Below are positions 43,020 through 57,121 of a stretch of DNA of 64,000 bases, one piece after another (within the stretch, counting starts at the first letter, position 1; every line of letters begins with the position of its first letter). Where the stretch lies: NCBI GenBank assembly GCA_964016885.1, contig OZ024755.1, positions 10,974,001 to 11,038,000 on the forward strand, given 5' to 3'. The notes beneath the pieces are model-generated. The model was not told where the DNA came from. It searched no databases and worked only from the letters and a program-made list of their open reading frames with translations. This stretch comes from Eledone cirrhosa. Lineage: Eukaryota. Made by a program: the position numbers and the translations under genes.

Positions 43020-43920
43020 CAAACTCTTACTTCAGCCATGTTTCAAGATGGGTTAGTAATTCATTTTGTTACTGAAATTTCAAAACTATTGATCCAGGAA
43101 TAATCATTTATCGCATCGTTAGATTTAGTTTAATGCTCCTGCCCATTCTAATGTATTACAGTATATTTATGCTGAAATGAAAGTTGTATTTTTGCCTCCA
43201 AATACCACAAAAGAAATCCAGGCAACTGATAAAACTATGATTATCGACTTTCAAGAGATATTACATGGAGAAAGCTGTTAAACAGCCTATCAACGCAACA
43301 GAAAAGAAAAATAGATGAACCAAAACTAAAAGAGTTCCGGAAAGGATACAATATCTTAAATGTTATCAGTAATATTGGAGTCTGTTGGGATAAGATGAAA
43401 TAATCAATGAAAGGTTGCTGGGGGTGGGGGGGGGGGGGGGGGGGGGGGTTATGCCTAAATAAAGGTTTCGAGATTACCCCCTAAAGCTGTCACAGAGGGA
43501 GTTGTTCAGCTTGTGAATCAACTTGACTTGCAATTCATTTCTGAAGATGTGAATGAACTAATTTCATCGTATTCAGAACCTACAACCTTAGAATCCATGA
43601 TTGACATGCTAGTGTACAATATTAATAATGATGATGATGATGGTGATGGTGATGATGATGATGACGACGACGACGACTGTGACAAGGAGCAGGAGGAAAT
43701 CAACATTTAGAGGGAGAAGAAAATTAATAGAGTTGTTGTTTTTTTTATCCCTAGAACAGTTTTTAAACATTTTAGAAGAAGAATTCTGAAACGTACAAAG
43801 AAGTTCACAGGTTCGCAGAGTTATTGATAAAAATGCACTGTGCTACAAACTTCTTTACCGAGAGAAAATTAAATGTGGTGCAAAGCAAAATACTGATGAT
43901 TTTTTAAAGAAAACTGATTA
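43020..43920 (+). pseudogene. pogo/Tigger-type DDE transposase remnant (C-terminal half, with stops and frameshifts)
   Basis: Fragments TSAMFQDGLVIHFVTEI, NAPAH..MKVVFLPPNTTKEIQATD, FRKGYNILNVISNIGVCWDKMK, EDVNELISS, NVQRSSQVRR..CYKLLYREK..QNTDDFLKK in the order expected for Tigger/CENP-B-like DDE_1 proteins. Confidence 0.85.
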
Positions 43921-44245
43921 TAATTTATAATTAATCCAATATAACACTACTGAATAATTATAGCAATAAATATCTTTTATTAATTAATTTTTCGTCCTTA
44001 ATTTTCATGTTCCTATATCAAGGACTAGATGTATCGATGTGTATCATCATTGCACGTAAATCCAATGACACTACAATGACCTTAAGGATTAATAAAGGAG
44101 TATTTATCCGTATGTTTGGAATGTTAAAATTCCCCGGAGAAAATGCTCATGGGAACGGAACCTCACCATTGATATGCGATTCAATGACTCAAACTTGGTA
44201 CATTTGGAAAAGGGTAAACTCTAATTAATATGTAGCTCAATAATT

Positions 44246-44286
<41 letters not shown>

Positions 44287-44311
44287 CAAATGTATATTTA
44301 CATATATATAT

Positions 44312-44342
<31 letters not shown>

Positions 44343-44369
44343 CATACAAATGTATATTTACATATATAT

Positions 44370-44401
<32 letters not shown>

Positions 44402-44402
<1 letters not shown>

Positions 44403-44486
44403 CAGAAATAACAAAGCAAACAACAGAGTACAATGAAGAAATATATTAGTTTAACGCTTGAAATAACAAGATAAAGAGTTAAAATA

Positions 44487-44548
<62 letters not shown>

Positions 44549-44635
44549 TGTTTTAACTCTTTATCTTGTTATTTCAAGCGTTAAACTAATATATTTCTTC
44601 ATTGTACTCTGTTGTTTGCTTTGTTATTTTGTTTT

Positions 44636-44640
<5 letters not shown>
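44402..44640. mobile_element. Fold-back element with ~88-bp arms around a central (TA)n
   Basis: 44402-44490 is a near-perfect inverted copy of 44545-44632; TA tracts inside and on both flanks. Confidence 0.85.
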
Positions 44641-44718
<78 letters not shown>

Positions 44719-44735
44719 TGCATATATATATAATG

Positions 44736-44784
<49 letters not shown>

Positions 44785-45279
44785 TAGTAAAGACGGAGGA
44801 CGCTTATTTATAAAACATTCATCATATTTTCTGTTGCGTTTATTTGCTTGGAGAATTATATGGAAATCGATGGATTGGTTACAACTACAGCTACCAGAGT
44901 ATCGATCATCAAAGAATGGTTTGTCGAAGTTATAAAATTCCCGTTTGCAAAACATACATAAAGGCACATTATATAGTGTATCCCTATTTATATAAACATA
45001 TGCCTCTAAAATATATGCTGTACCATGATATTATAATTATATACCATATGCTATTTGATATAATAATGGAGTTGGTTCTCAACAGAAGCAGAATAACCTC
45101 ATATTTAACAATCACATTATAACATGCTGCCACCTTTACACAGATAACTTAATACACTCACAAATACACATACAGATACACACACTAAATACAGGGTGTC
45201 CCAAATATATATATACAAACTTTGATTACCTGTACAGGCAATATTTATTAGAATGCTGTTAAAATGTTATACATTTTGT

Positions 45280-45373
<94 letters not shown>

Positions 45374-45412
45374 GTACATATATATGTGTGTGTTTGTGTA
45401 TGTGTCTGTATA

Positions 45413-45457
<45 letters not shown>

Positions 45458-45661
45458 GTGTGTGTGTGTTTAAATAGCGAGAGAGAGGGGGATGATAATG
45501 TTGGGTTATAAATTTATAGGTATAACTGTAGCAAATCGTATTTATTTTATGCCCTATGTATCTTGGCTGACTGATACTTAAGTTTTTAGAGCCAGCCTCT
45601 AATTCACACAACACCAATACACACAGAATAATACACACTTATATATATGTGTCTGTACGTC

Positions 45662-45807
45662 CAGGGTTCTAATCCCACAATTGCTCCTGTAAATAGTTAT
45701 TTCGCCAAAGTTACTCATAAATTTAAACCTGTTTTTGAAAAATGACCTTGCAGCTCTGTATCTCAATAGGGTTTCCCTACGAGTCACACGGGAGTTACGG
45801 AACCCTG
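45662..45807. mobile_element. Possible small hAT-like MITE just upstream of the KCNQ exon
   Basis: cagggttc-taa-tccc ... ggga-g-tta-cg-gaaccctg imperfect TIR; the 8-bp flanks tgtacgtc / catgcatc differ only by transitions. Confidence 0.4.
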
Positions 45808-45953
45808 CATGCATCCTACGGCGTACCTATTCTATCCTACAATATATCCAATGATATTGTCGGGGTTATTAACGACATGGTTCCACTAGTAGTTGATATA
45901 AAATATAGTGTAGATAATCTTACTAAAAACCTATATATTTTATATTTTTGCAG

Positions 45954-46080
45954 GAAGTCGTCATGGTTGTGTGGTTCACACTGGAGTATCTGCTCCGAAT
46001 TTGGTCTGCCGGGTGTCGATCGAGATATCAAGGATGGATGGGGAGGATCAAGTTCGCCAGGAGGCCCTTCTGTGTGGTAG
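45954..46080 (+). CDS. KCNQ: KCNQ (Kv7) channel, internal exon (S2 and S2-S3 linker)
   Basis: TTTTTGCAG acceptor, G|GTAAGT donor. 127 nt encoding [42 protein letters not shown] + G, with the diagnostic KCNQ motif R.WSAGC.SRY.GW.GR..FAR.P; same size and phase as vertebrate KCNQ exon 3 (recall). Confidence 0.96.
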
Positions 46081-46699
46081 GTAAGTTATCTTTTGTATTC
46101 CATTGGCTAATCGATACCATGGCAGATACCATAAGTGATTTGTTCAGAGAGACGGTCAAGAAAACAGCAGCAAATACAGAAAAAAAATTTGTCTGGAATG
46201 AAAGCTTGCACATAGCTAGCTACATACAAACATGGATACATACATACATACATATATACATACATACACACACATACATACATGCATATATACATACATA
46301 CATACACACGCACACACATGCTCACACGCACACACACACACTCACATATATACATGCATACATACATACACACATACATGCATACAGACAAAAAGCGCGA
46401 TAGCTGGCACCTTCAAAATTTGCAAAACATTCTTGCGATTCAAGGGATGACAATTTCTTTTCTTTCACAACCTTGCCACCAGGAAGGTGGCCGGTCAAAA
46501 AAATATACTCGAAATTAAGAGAAAGAGAAAACATATATACATACATACATACACACACATACATACACACACATGCACACACACACACACACATACATAT
46601 ATAAATACATGCACATGCATGCATGCATGCATACACTTCTTTCTTTTTTCATTGCTCTTTCTTCTCTGAAATCGTCTTTCTCCATCTTCCTTCTCTCTC

Positions 46700-46807
<108 letters not shown>

Positions 46808-48469
46808 TTCTTTCTCTCTCTTTCTCTTTCTCTCCCTTACTTCTTTCTATCACTCTCTTTATCGTTCTCTCTTAATATAGCTCTTCTCTCTTCCTTTCTC
46901 TTTCTTTGACGTTCTCACTGTTTATATATGGTCGCTCAGTATAATATAAATGAGTGTATGTGTATGTGTGTATAGTCTTTCTTGATTTGATACAATATTT
47001 TTAACTTACTCTCCTACTTCTTTCTAAATGTGTTCCTATATTATATTTGCTCAATATCCATATAACGAACTTACTGAATTATACTCTCAACTGAGAATCT
47101 TTGGAAAGTAATATTAAATTCCTCTATGACTGCAAACTGTAGAGACGGGTGGGAGCGGGTGGAGTAACCGTTACCAAAAACTACCAACCATTTAATAAAC
47201 TGGTGAGAGGGGAAAAGGCGCAGTTTTCGAGCATTAAATAGACTTAAATAGAAGACAATGTCGTTGTACCCTGTTCTGTTGTTTTTACGGCCTATTTGTA
47301 TTATGAGCTGTGGGGACTATAGTAACTTTATGATGGTGTTCCAATATCGTTTATAAACCATATTTAAATGGCAACCACTAAAACTGAATGACTCTTTAAA
47401 CAGAATAGATCAGATTTGGTAAATTATAAATTTCTTTGATATATATTGTTAATAATGCTGGTGAGTAAAAGAACAGATTAAGAGATGCTTTAAATGCATT
47501 GAATTCTTTACGTTAGTTTGTGACAGTTATGCAGTTATATCCCTTTATGTTCTGAATTCAAATCCTGTCGCCAATCCATTTCTCTTTCATCTTTCATACC
47601 TCTGAGCTCGATATCAATAAATACCAATACTGTGATCGATATGGTATACTATAGTCTCTAGCCAGTGAAATAACCGGCCTTGTTTCTACGTTAGAAATCA
47701 ATGTTTGACAAAGGAACAAAGCTAATTGATTGTACGTGGGGGGATGAAGTGATTTACTCTTGATGTAATGGAATCTGTGTAGGTGGACAAATAAGAAGTA
47801 AACTGAATTCGTGATGGGGGGTGTGCTCTTAGAACGTAAAGGGAGACTGTATGTAACGCAAATTTGGAGGAGGGTATAGTCGATAAGATAGATAGGATAG
47901 ATAGGATAGATCCCAATACCTGACTGTTAGTTTATTTTATTGATCATTTTTGTCGAACCGCTAAGTCACAGGACATAAATACAGATACTGACACATACAT
48001 ATATACATATATAGAGAGAAAGAGTACAAGCTTCTGTAGTTTCCGTCTACCGAAATTTCATTCACAAGAGACTGGTCAATCTAAGGATATGGTGGCTATG
48101 TAAACCTACTTAGGATTAAGCTGTAAATTTCATTTTATTTCTCATTTTATGTGGCGTCAGAAAAGTGTAAGTTGTAAGGACGTTAGTAACAGTCGGATGC
48201 ACTGGGTAATTGCTGGCCTTGTGCCTAAAGTAGAAACAATTATATTTCTAAATGAAGTGACTAGAGAAACAAGTGCACAAACAAGAAAATAAAGTCAAAG
48301 CCAAACGAAAAAAAACAATAAGAGAAAAATATAGAAATAATGACGTCATATAACAAACCAATTGAAGATTAATTAATGTATTTAAGTGGTAGGAGAGGGG
48401 ATGTAACATACCACACAAACACAGCCATTATTCGATCCTAAATTGATATCATCGAATTATATATTTATT

Positions 48470-48670
48470 ATAAATAGACGGAAAAGCTGGCCGACTGGAT
48501 CAGTAGAGACGGAATAAGAAACAGAAGCAAATATGAGAAGATGGAGGGATAAATTAAATAGATTTGACAAGAATTCTAGATCGGGCGGTCAAGCTGAAGG
48601 TTATAGAGAGATAAGGAGAAGACGTTCTTTAGCCAACAGTGAAATGTGAAATATGAATGGCTTAATGGAT
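48470..48670 (+). mobile_element. Decayed RTE-like LINE 3' end
   Basis: MRRWRDKLNRF and GE..QQ-like fragments typical of RTE ORF C-termini. Confidence 0.35.
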
Positions 48671-48872
48671 TCAGTGAATTCTAAATATATAATTCAAAGG
48701 ACTCACAGGATTGTGTGTGCGTATGTCTGTATATGTGTATGTGTGTGTATGTGTATGTATGCTTGGGTGTCTGCGTGCGTTTAGGTTGACCAGGTCAACA
48801 ACCAGCCACTAGTGGTTTCTTAGACAAGCGCTCGCCATTGTAATCGGTGTATCTATGCCTGTGTGTATTCAT

Positions 48873-48934
<62 letters not shown>

Positions 48935-49047
48935 GCATACACATACACACACATATATATATACATACATATATAAAAAAAAATATATATATATATATGC
49001 ATACACATACACACATATATATATACATACATATATAAATATATATA

Positions 49048-49440
49048 TACGATATTAACAAATGGAAACTATATTTATAAAACCATATTTATTTCATTAT
49101 ACATATTTCAAGGACACCAAGTTAAATTATGGTGTGCTTTCATCAGATAAAATATAATATAGATCAGTTTTATAAATAAATATTGACATACCCTTAAAAA
49201 ATGCAACCATTACTGTTGGAAGCTCCCAGATAGTGGAGTTGAAGCTTAATTATATTATTATTAGTAATTTAACTTGGTGTCTTTGAAATATGTATAATGA
49301 AATAAATATGGTTTTATAAATATAGTTTCCATTTGTTAATATCGTATTTTTACTCCAAATATTTGTTGAGTGCTTTATATCAGTTATAAACATTTATATT
49401 TGTCGGACTTCCAACAAATTAAATACCCCTTCTACTCATA
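49048..49440. mobile_element. Fold-back Penelope-like element family E in (TA)n
   Basis: ~82-bp inverted arms 49048-49129 / 49266-49347; right arm extends to 49440; homologous to 59669-59945. Confidence 0.82.
49095..49151 (-). ncRNA. Hammerhead-like motif (core and helix II intact; helices I/III imperfect)
   Basis: Minus strand CTGATGA-aagcacacca taatttaact tggtgtcctt-GAAA-TATG-TA-taa. Confidence 0.6.
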
Positions 49441-49659
49441 TATATATATATATATATATATGTATAGCGTGGAAAATGGACGTTAAACGAAAATGATGAT
49501 GATGATGATATATATATATATATACGTGTAGTGCGTGTGATTATAATAGCTACACCAACTCAACTTTCGAGGACTGAATAAATTCGAGCCAAATTTAAAT
49601 TACAATTCGAATTAAATTCAGTTGACATTGACAAACTAGAAATGATAGTCAACTTCACC

Positions 49660-50010
49660 ATGATCATCATTATCATGACCATCCTCATCATCATTGTTAT
49701 CGTCATTATCACCATCGTCATCATCACCCCACCATCCTCATCAACAATGTTATCATCATCCCTATCATAATCATCACCATGATCAATATTATCTTCGTTG
49801 GCTTCGCGATATACATGATCTCCAACACCACCCACAACCACACACCACCACTACACACCACTACACACCACCACCCACCACCACACACCACCACTACACA
49901 CCACCACACACCACCACCAATCCACCCACCACCACACACCACCACCACACCATCACCACCACCACACCCCACCACCACCACCACCACCACACCACTATAC
50001 ACCACCTTGA
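49660..50010. repeat. (CAT)n/(CAC)n low-complexity tract
   Basis: Degenerate triplet repeats. Confidence 0.9.
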
Positions 50011-51698
50011 TGATTTCTAGGCTGTTCTTATTCATTCTAAGAATTCTTCTTTCCCTACACTAGCTGTTAGTGTTTCATGGATATTTGTACCAAGTTCCTG
50101 AAAAGATCGAATTGATGAATTGGAGTAGAAATCTTTGATTTGTTCAAAGAACCATTGATATTTTTCATAACGACTGATTCTCTACGGTTTATCAAGGATT
50201 TCTTATTCCATCTTGTCTTTGATCTTCGATATATTTTTACGTTATATTACTATGATTTTTGACTCACACTTCTTTTTTAATTGTATCGTTGTCGTTATTA
50301 CTGTTATGTATATTGTCTTTGTAACGTACCCTTCATCCGACGATTATTATTATTTTTATTATTAATATTATCATCATCATCATTGGTGGTGGTGTTGTTC
50401 TTGTTGTTTTTCTTCTTGCGTATGTCCTTGTCGTGGTTTTTTTTATCTTGTAACAGAGCTTCCGAAAAAAGATATTTTACCACGTTTACTTAATAGCAAA
50501 AACTTTTTTCTAACAAATGAGATTTGGATCATTTCAACATCAATCTCATTATTCTGTACTAATAAAGAAGATTTCTCTTTTGGTATTTTTTTATTGCATA
50601 CACATTTTTGACAAATATCAATTTTCATTTGTTTATTACTTACTCAAAATGTGTAACAAGAGGAGACGATGGCCACAAACGCAAACGCCCCCGAAAATTT
50701 AAGTAACCTGGAGATATGTTAGATGAAATGTTTTGCTCAGTGATTTAATGAGTCGTCCTCTCTAGGAAATGTTAAGACCATGAATCAAAAATATGATGGG
50801 ACAGTTCTGACTGGAAATCCGTTGGTCATAAGTCTGCTTGAGCAGAGCTGGTAGGGGCTAAATTGCAACAACAATAGCAACAGCAGCACCAATTTTATCC
50901 TTAATTGTTGTTATCATGTTTTATGACTTGTTCGCGAACAGCTGGAACACTCGTCGTCTGAACCGATGGAGATCCAACATACACATATGAATGACATTTA
51001 TGTGTTATGGAATCACAGATTAAACTATAAAGTGAAAGAATCATTCCTTTATTTATTATTCATTCATACAATTATTTCTTGCGATTCTCTTAAAATCGAT
51101 AGTTAGAAAGAATGATGTCTGGGCTGGGAGTGTATTGGTTAAATTGAAAATATTGATAAAGCGGAGATAAGCTTGGAGCATTGCGGTAGCGAAGAGGAAA
51201 CTAGGTTATGAATAAACAGAACTATTGTGAAATATACAGCAAGTGAAGGCGCTTGGCCTAGTGGTTAGGGTGTTGGTTTTATGATCTATAGGTCATGGGT
51301 TTGAATCTTGGATCAAACTACGGGTTATGTTCTTAAGAAAGACTCGGCTGTCCTTGCCCAACATCTACTTGTTTTGGAGTGGGTTGGCTTTGTGACTTTT
51401 ACAGAACGTATTCTATTTCATTTGTTAATGAAATCGTCGGAGATTTCTGACGATTTCATCATCCAAAGAAACAGAGCTTGTCACGTATAAGTCATTTCTA
51501 AATCAAAGAGAATTAAGTACCCTCTTTACCTGATGTATTGAATATCTTACTTTTATTGTGATTCCAATCCGCTTATATATGTATGTATGTATATTAGAAT
51601 GGTGTTCCGTAACAGCATTCTAATATACATACATATATATATGTATGCGTGTATGTATATATGCATGTATATATGTATATACATATATATATATATAC

Positions 51699-51753
<55 letters not shown>

Positions 51754-51936
51754 TTTGTCTATGTGTGTGTACACAATATATGACCTATACAATCCTGAAC
51801 CACTTTTAAACTTCGAGATCAAAATATTGAAACAGGTTATTACTCATGAATGCTTATTTATAATGTATATGCATAAATACAGCCAAATAGACTGTGACCC
51901 AGAGAGAGAGAGAGAGAGATAGAGAGATAGATAGAT

Positions 51937-51990
<54 letters not shown>

Positions 51991-52797
51991 GGTAGAAAGG
52001 CAGAGAGAGAGATAAATGGCGACAGTCCATGCTATACATAAAAGTCGATACGCCTTTAGTGTATATCGGATATAATTTTTGTCATTACTTATTGGTTAAC
52101 TGTCTTGGATTTGTATTAGAATTTATCCCATTTGAAGATATCCATATGTAGATTAAATTGTATATTCAGTGAGTTCAACGATCTTTGATCCTATCCTACC
52201 CCCAGAGTGTTGTTATCAATCATGTCAGAGAGGATCGTGAGGAGTTTTACGTTTAGTCATAGAATTCGTGTATGTAATGAATGGCTCTTTACTCGGGTTT
52301 CCAACAGATACGGCTCCCTGGCTTTCAATTGTAGACCTTATTCTGATCCTAATAGCTGTATAGTACTTGGTATGAATGATACATCAACAGTATGCAAGTT
52401 ACTGAATACTAAAATTAAAGCCATATAAACTGCTTCCATTAATAGGATGTAAAGAGATACGGCATATTGATTTGAATAGCTAGTTTAATTTACCAAGGGA
52501 CTGTACAAATTAATCGTTAACGTTGGCATGTAGTAAAATAATATTTCATCGTCGTATATGAAATAGCCATCAGCCGACAACGGACGGTTTTTGTATTTCT
52601 CAATGTGAATTATTTCAGGGGAGATAATTTTATTAATATGCCATAAAGCTTATCAACCAGTTTTTTTTAGTAAAGAAACAAAACTGAAAACGAAATTATC
52701 TTGTTCAATTATACATTTATTTTACTTTGAAATTAGACGGGTTGTTTTTAGTTTTTTTGATAAATATTGTAGTATTATAATAATATTATTTGATTGG

Positions 52798-52831
<34 letters not shown>

Positions 52832-53479
52832 GCTCTCTCTCTCTCAATCTATCTATCTATCTCTCATTTTATCGGAGCCTGCTTCTATTCAATAAATTGT
52901 AATAAATGTGAGAAAAAAAAGCTTAGAAACTTGTTCATTGTAGCTGTAAATTTACACGATAGCCCAACAATTCCGTTAATAAAACTTTGCCAGAAACATA
53001 TATTGAAATAATTATATTTGTGTTAATATTTTTGTTAACTCTGGCGCATTGCCACAAATTTTATAGGAAGAGAAGAGTCGATTAAATTGACCTCAGCACT
53101 TGATTAGTACATATTTTATAGACCCTGAAAGCATAAATGGAAGGTCGAACTCATTGGGATTCGCTACTCTGCCACTTAATCGCCATTCACGTGTTATAAA
53201 TCATATTAGTAATGTTAATTACTTTCTTAAATGACTGTGAGATAATGGAGAACATGATAACATGCATTAGAGAAGTTGGTTTTATTCTGACCTCAAATCC
53301 CACGGAACTTAAATAGTGTATTGAAGCTGAATCAATGGAAATGATTCATTGCAGGTATAGGGAAAATAGCTTACGAGATTAAATACATTACAAAAGTTGG
53401 TGTCATTCTCAAAAGTTCTGAGCTCAAATCCCACCGCGAAAAGAAAAATGAAATGGTGCGATCAAGTGACAGGGTTTGG

Positions 53480-53700
53480 GGGATTAACCAAGACTATCCT
53501 GTAATGAACATATTTAGGTGATAGGCCAACGACATGAGAAGAAAACTTGGATGAATGACATTAAGGAGGAATGTACTGGTAAATCTTCTCGACAACCCAA
53601 ATCCTAACTCGCAATAGAGAGATATATAGTGAAATGTTAAACTACACCAGCCTATAGTGCCTAGACGACAGAAAAGCGTCCTAGAATCGGTAATGGTAAC
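53480..53700 (+). mobile_element. Decayed RTE-like LINE 3' end
   Basis: GLTKTIL, KTWMNDIKE and RNRE..PRR fragments resembling an RTE C-terminus. Confidence 0.4.
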
Positions 53701-54075
53701 AGTATAGATTACGGAAGCTGAATCAATTGAAGCCTTTTCATTACAGATATGGGAGAAATATAGTGATTCAGTAATCTTTTCTAAGGATCAAATATGAAAC
53801 AAGATATTAGAAACGTTAATGAGATTGTGAAATTATTTACTCAATCCTTTAGGAAAATAATTGCATAAGGGAAATGATATGTTTTCTATCAGTAACTGAC
53901 ACCGAGTCTCCAAGACTTTCTTTTCTCTATATGCTCAAAATGTATTGATTCTTTTAGGTATTCTCAAAATCTCTATATATAAACACAGATTCACACATAC
54001 ACGCTCACTCACTTGTACACATACACACATATACTCACATGTGTATATTTATATATATATATATATGTGTGTGTA

Positions 54076-54117
<42 letters not shown>

Positions 54118-54121
<4 letters not shown>

Positions 54122-54542
54122 AAAGAATAGAGGTGTAACACACAAGTTATTATATATTGGTAAACGGAATAGAAAATGCTGACAAATTGTTAACAGTTGA
54201 AAAATGGTTTAATTAGGAATAAAAGAGTATTAGTGATTGTATGGGTTAGTATTCAGTTGTGGTTTTAAGTTTTTAAGTTTTTACCGGTTGCGCATTTCTA
54301 AATGCTTTTCAAAAATAATTTTGAGATAGTGTCCGTGTTGTTTGCTCTGATCAGAGCAAACAGCACGGACACTCTATCTCAAAATTATTTTTGAAAAGCA
54401 TTTAGAAATGCGCAACCGGTAAAAACTTAAAAACTTAAAACCACAACTGAATACTAACCCATACAATCACTAATACTCTTTTATTCCTAATTAAACCATT
54501 TTTCAACTGTGAACAATTTGTCACCATTTTCTATTCCGTTTA

Positions 54543-54550
<8 letters not shown>
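54118..54550. mobile_element. Fold-back element family D in (TA)n, ~400-bp palindrome
   Basis: Arms 54151-54350 / 54351-54550 with zero spacer (ctctga|tcagag) and only a few mismatches; 33-bp extension on the left arm. Confidence 0.9.
54386..54425 (+). ncRNA. Variant hammerhead-like motif (U3-A8 plus GCAA); mirror copy on - at 54278-54315
   Basis: ttt-TTGAAAA-gcattt ag aaatgc-GCAA-CCGG-TA-aaa. Confidence 0.55.
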
Positions 54551-54628
<78 letters not shown>

Positions 54629-54720
54629 TATATGCATGTGCAACCTAAGTACACAGTACACAGCACAAACAAAAAGATGGTGTAGGACAGAACAAAGGAG
54701 AGACACAAAATAACAAATTA

Positions 54721-54760
54721 GTCACTGAGGAGGTCACAGAATATGTGACGAAAGTATAAC
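54721..54760 (+). ncRNA. Partial hammerhead motif
   Basis: CTGAGGA-g-gtcaca gaata tgtgac-GAAA-GTATA; helix I not evident; lies in an island between TA tracts. Confidence 0.4.
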
Positions 54761-54836
54761 AATATATGTTTCCACACACGTTTTCAAATAAGAAATCTTG
54801 TAAATACAAAAATAAGTGTATATATATATATATTAT

Positions 54837-54946
<110 letters not shown>

Positions 54947-56979
54947 ATATATATATACGCAAATAAATCAGCTATTTGCATAATGAAACATAAAAATGAT
55001 CACACTAATCATGTATATGTACACACATACGGACGCGATACACTCACTCACAGACATACACAACCTTATAGATACAACAGCAAACACGTACAGCGTTTTA
55101 ATTTCAGTAGAGGAAGAATAAGTAGAAAGAACGAACGAGAAATAGAAAGACAGTGAGGAAGTGAGAGGTAAAGAATTGGAGTGAAAGAGAGAGATGCACG
55201 GAGTATGGAGGAGAGAGGGGGAGAATAAAGAAAGAAGATTAGAGAAAAGTGTAAAGAAAAGAAGTCAATAAGTAGAATAGAAATTTTAACAACTATTTTT
55301 ACTTTGGAACCGTCTCGTCCTCGAATCCTTTAATAAGTAATTATTAAATTCATGGTTCATTAACTCTATAGTCCCACTAATAACAACAACGAAAAAACTA
55401 GTCGCCATTTTGCTTTACTATTTTGTTTAATATTTGTTTTCTCCTCGTTATTTATTGTTTCGTTTTTGTTTTGTTTTTTCGAAGTTTGTTTTGTATTGTT
55501 TTTGTTTATTGTTCTCTGGGTGATTGGAAGAAAAAGGAAAGGAGAAGAGCGCTGACAGCGAATTTCGATAACATTTGTTGAAAGTATTTCTTAAAAACTG
55601 TTCTAACTAAATCGTATTATACTATCCTGAACCGTTCGACTGTAATAGTTAACTGTCATGTGTAGAGAAAAGAGAAAGAAAGGACAGTTGTTCGTTTAGT
55701 TGTTGTTGCTATTGATATTATTGTTGTTGATGATGATGTCCATGATGACGATGTTGATGGTTATGATGACGTAAACAGCTTTATGTTTTAAATATACATT
55801 TGTGTGTTGTTTATTAGGTTGTAATACATAGACACCAACATCATCCCACGCTGAAAGTTAAAGATATGTTCCCTTACCGACACATACCAAATTTTCTCTT
55901 TAGAAATTTCAAACAAGCCTTCATCGACTCAATGACAGGCAACAACTGACCATCTACATTGCTTACAGCCCTTAAATTAATCGTATTACGATCACACTCA
56001 CTGGTAGGCACGTTGGATAACTCGAACGAAAGTACAGATAGGTTTATGTAATTCTTGTATATTGCACATGTATTAACAATAAGACTATACACATTTTCAA
56101 TATGATTTCATATGGTGTTTTAGTCTCACAAATATGTGTCTACATATACACACTTTTACACACGCACATATACATATATATACATATTTGTATACATATA
56201 CATATATATATATATATATATATACATATATATCTGTATATATATATATACATATGTGTGTGTGTGTGTGTGTGTGTTTTGTTCGAACAACTGGAACGCT
56301 CTTCGTTGTATATGACGGAGATCCAAGACACGCAGAGACTCTCTCTGACGACAGATATTCAATCACAGTCAAGTAGAGGTGGTTTAATGAGTGGGTTTCA
56401 TAAAGACGTTTCGTTTCATCTTAATATTCAAAGAAACACGTTTGGGCACTTCAACGAAAAGAGTGGGGCTTAATCTGATCTTCTTCAAATATTCTGTTGC
56501 ACTGTAAAATTGAGGAACATGTCATTAGCTTCCAGCGTTCTACTCGGTATGCGGGGGTGAACGAGGTTGTGTGCGTATATACGTCTGTGTGTGTCTGTAT
56601 ATACATATATGTGTGTGTGCGTGCTTTTATGGGTGTGTATATATGTGTGTGTGTGTGTGCATTTATGGGTGTGTATATACGTGTATACATATGTGATGTG
56701 CGGGTGTGTTGTTATGTGTGTGTGTATATATGTGTGAATACATGTGTGTATATATGCGTGTATACATGTGTGTATGTCTAGATGCGTGTGTGTTTGTGTG
56801 TGTATCTGTGTGGAGGGTTTTTATTTTTCAGATTGCTTTCAAATGGAGTAAAAATACGGTCTCTAACCCAGAAATAAGGTTTATCTATTGTAATTAAGTC
56901 AAGGTGAATTAGGGTGATATGTATGCATGTATGTATGGATGTATGGATGTATGTATGCATGTATGTATGGATGTATGGA

Positions 56980-57074
56980 TAAAAAGCTAACCTTGGCAGG
57001 ATTTGAACTCAGAAGGTAAAGAGCCGTAACTATATGCCTCAAAGCATGTTGTTCGATGGTCTGCCGATATGGCC

Positions 57075-57075
<1 letters not shown>
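56980..57075 (-). mobile_element. SINE family 1, 5' part
   Basis: aaagctaaccttggcaggatttgaactcagaa..aagcatg. Confidence 0.75.

Positions 57076-57121
<46 letters not shown>

Noticed and set aside
46081-46403. ORF continuation past the KCNQ exon
   Set aside because: Intron read-through after a canonical GTAAGT donor into microsatellite.
51247-51320. tRNA-like sequence
   Set aside because: A/B-box head of SINE family 2; no acceptor stem or complete cloverleaf.
55874-56092. 72-aa minus-strand ORF with a TSECDR motif resembling the hAT C-terminus
   Set aside because: One weak motif, no TIRs or other support.
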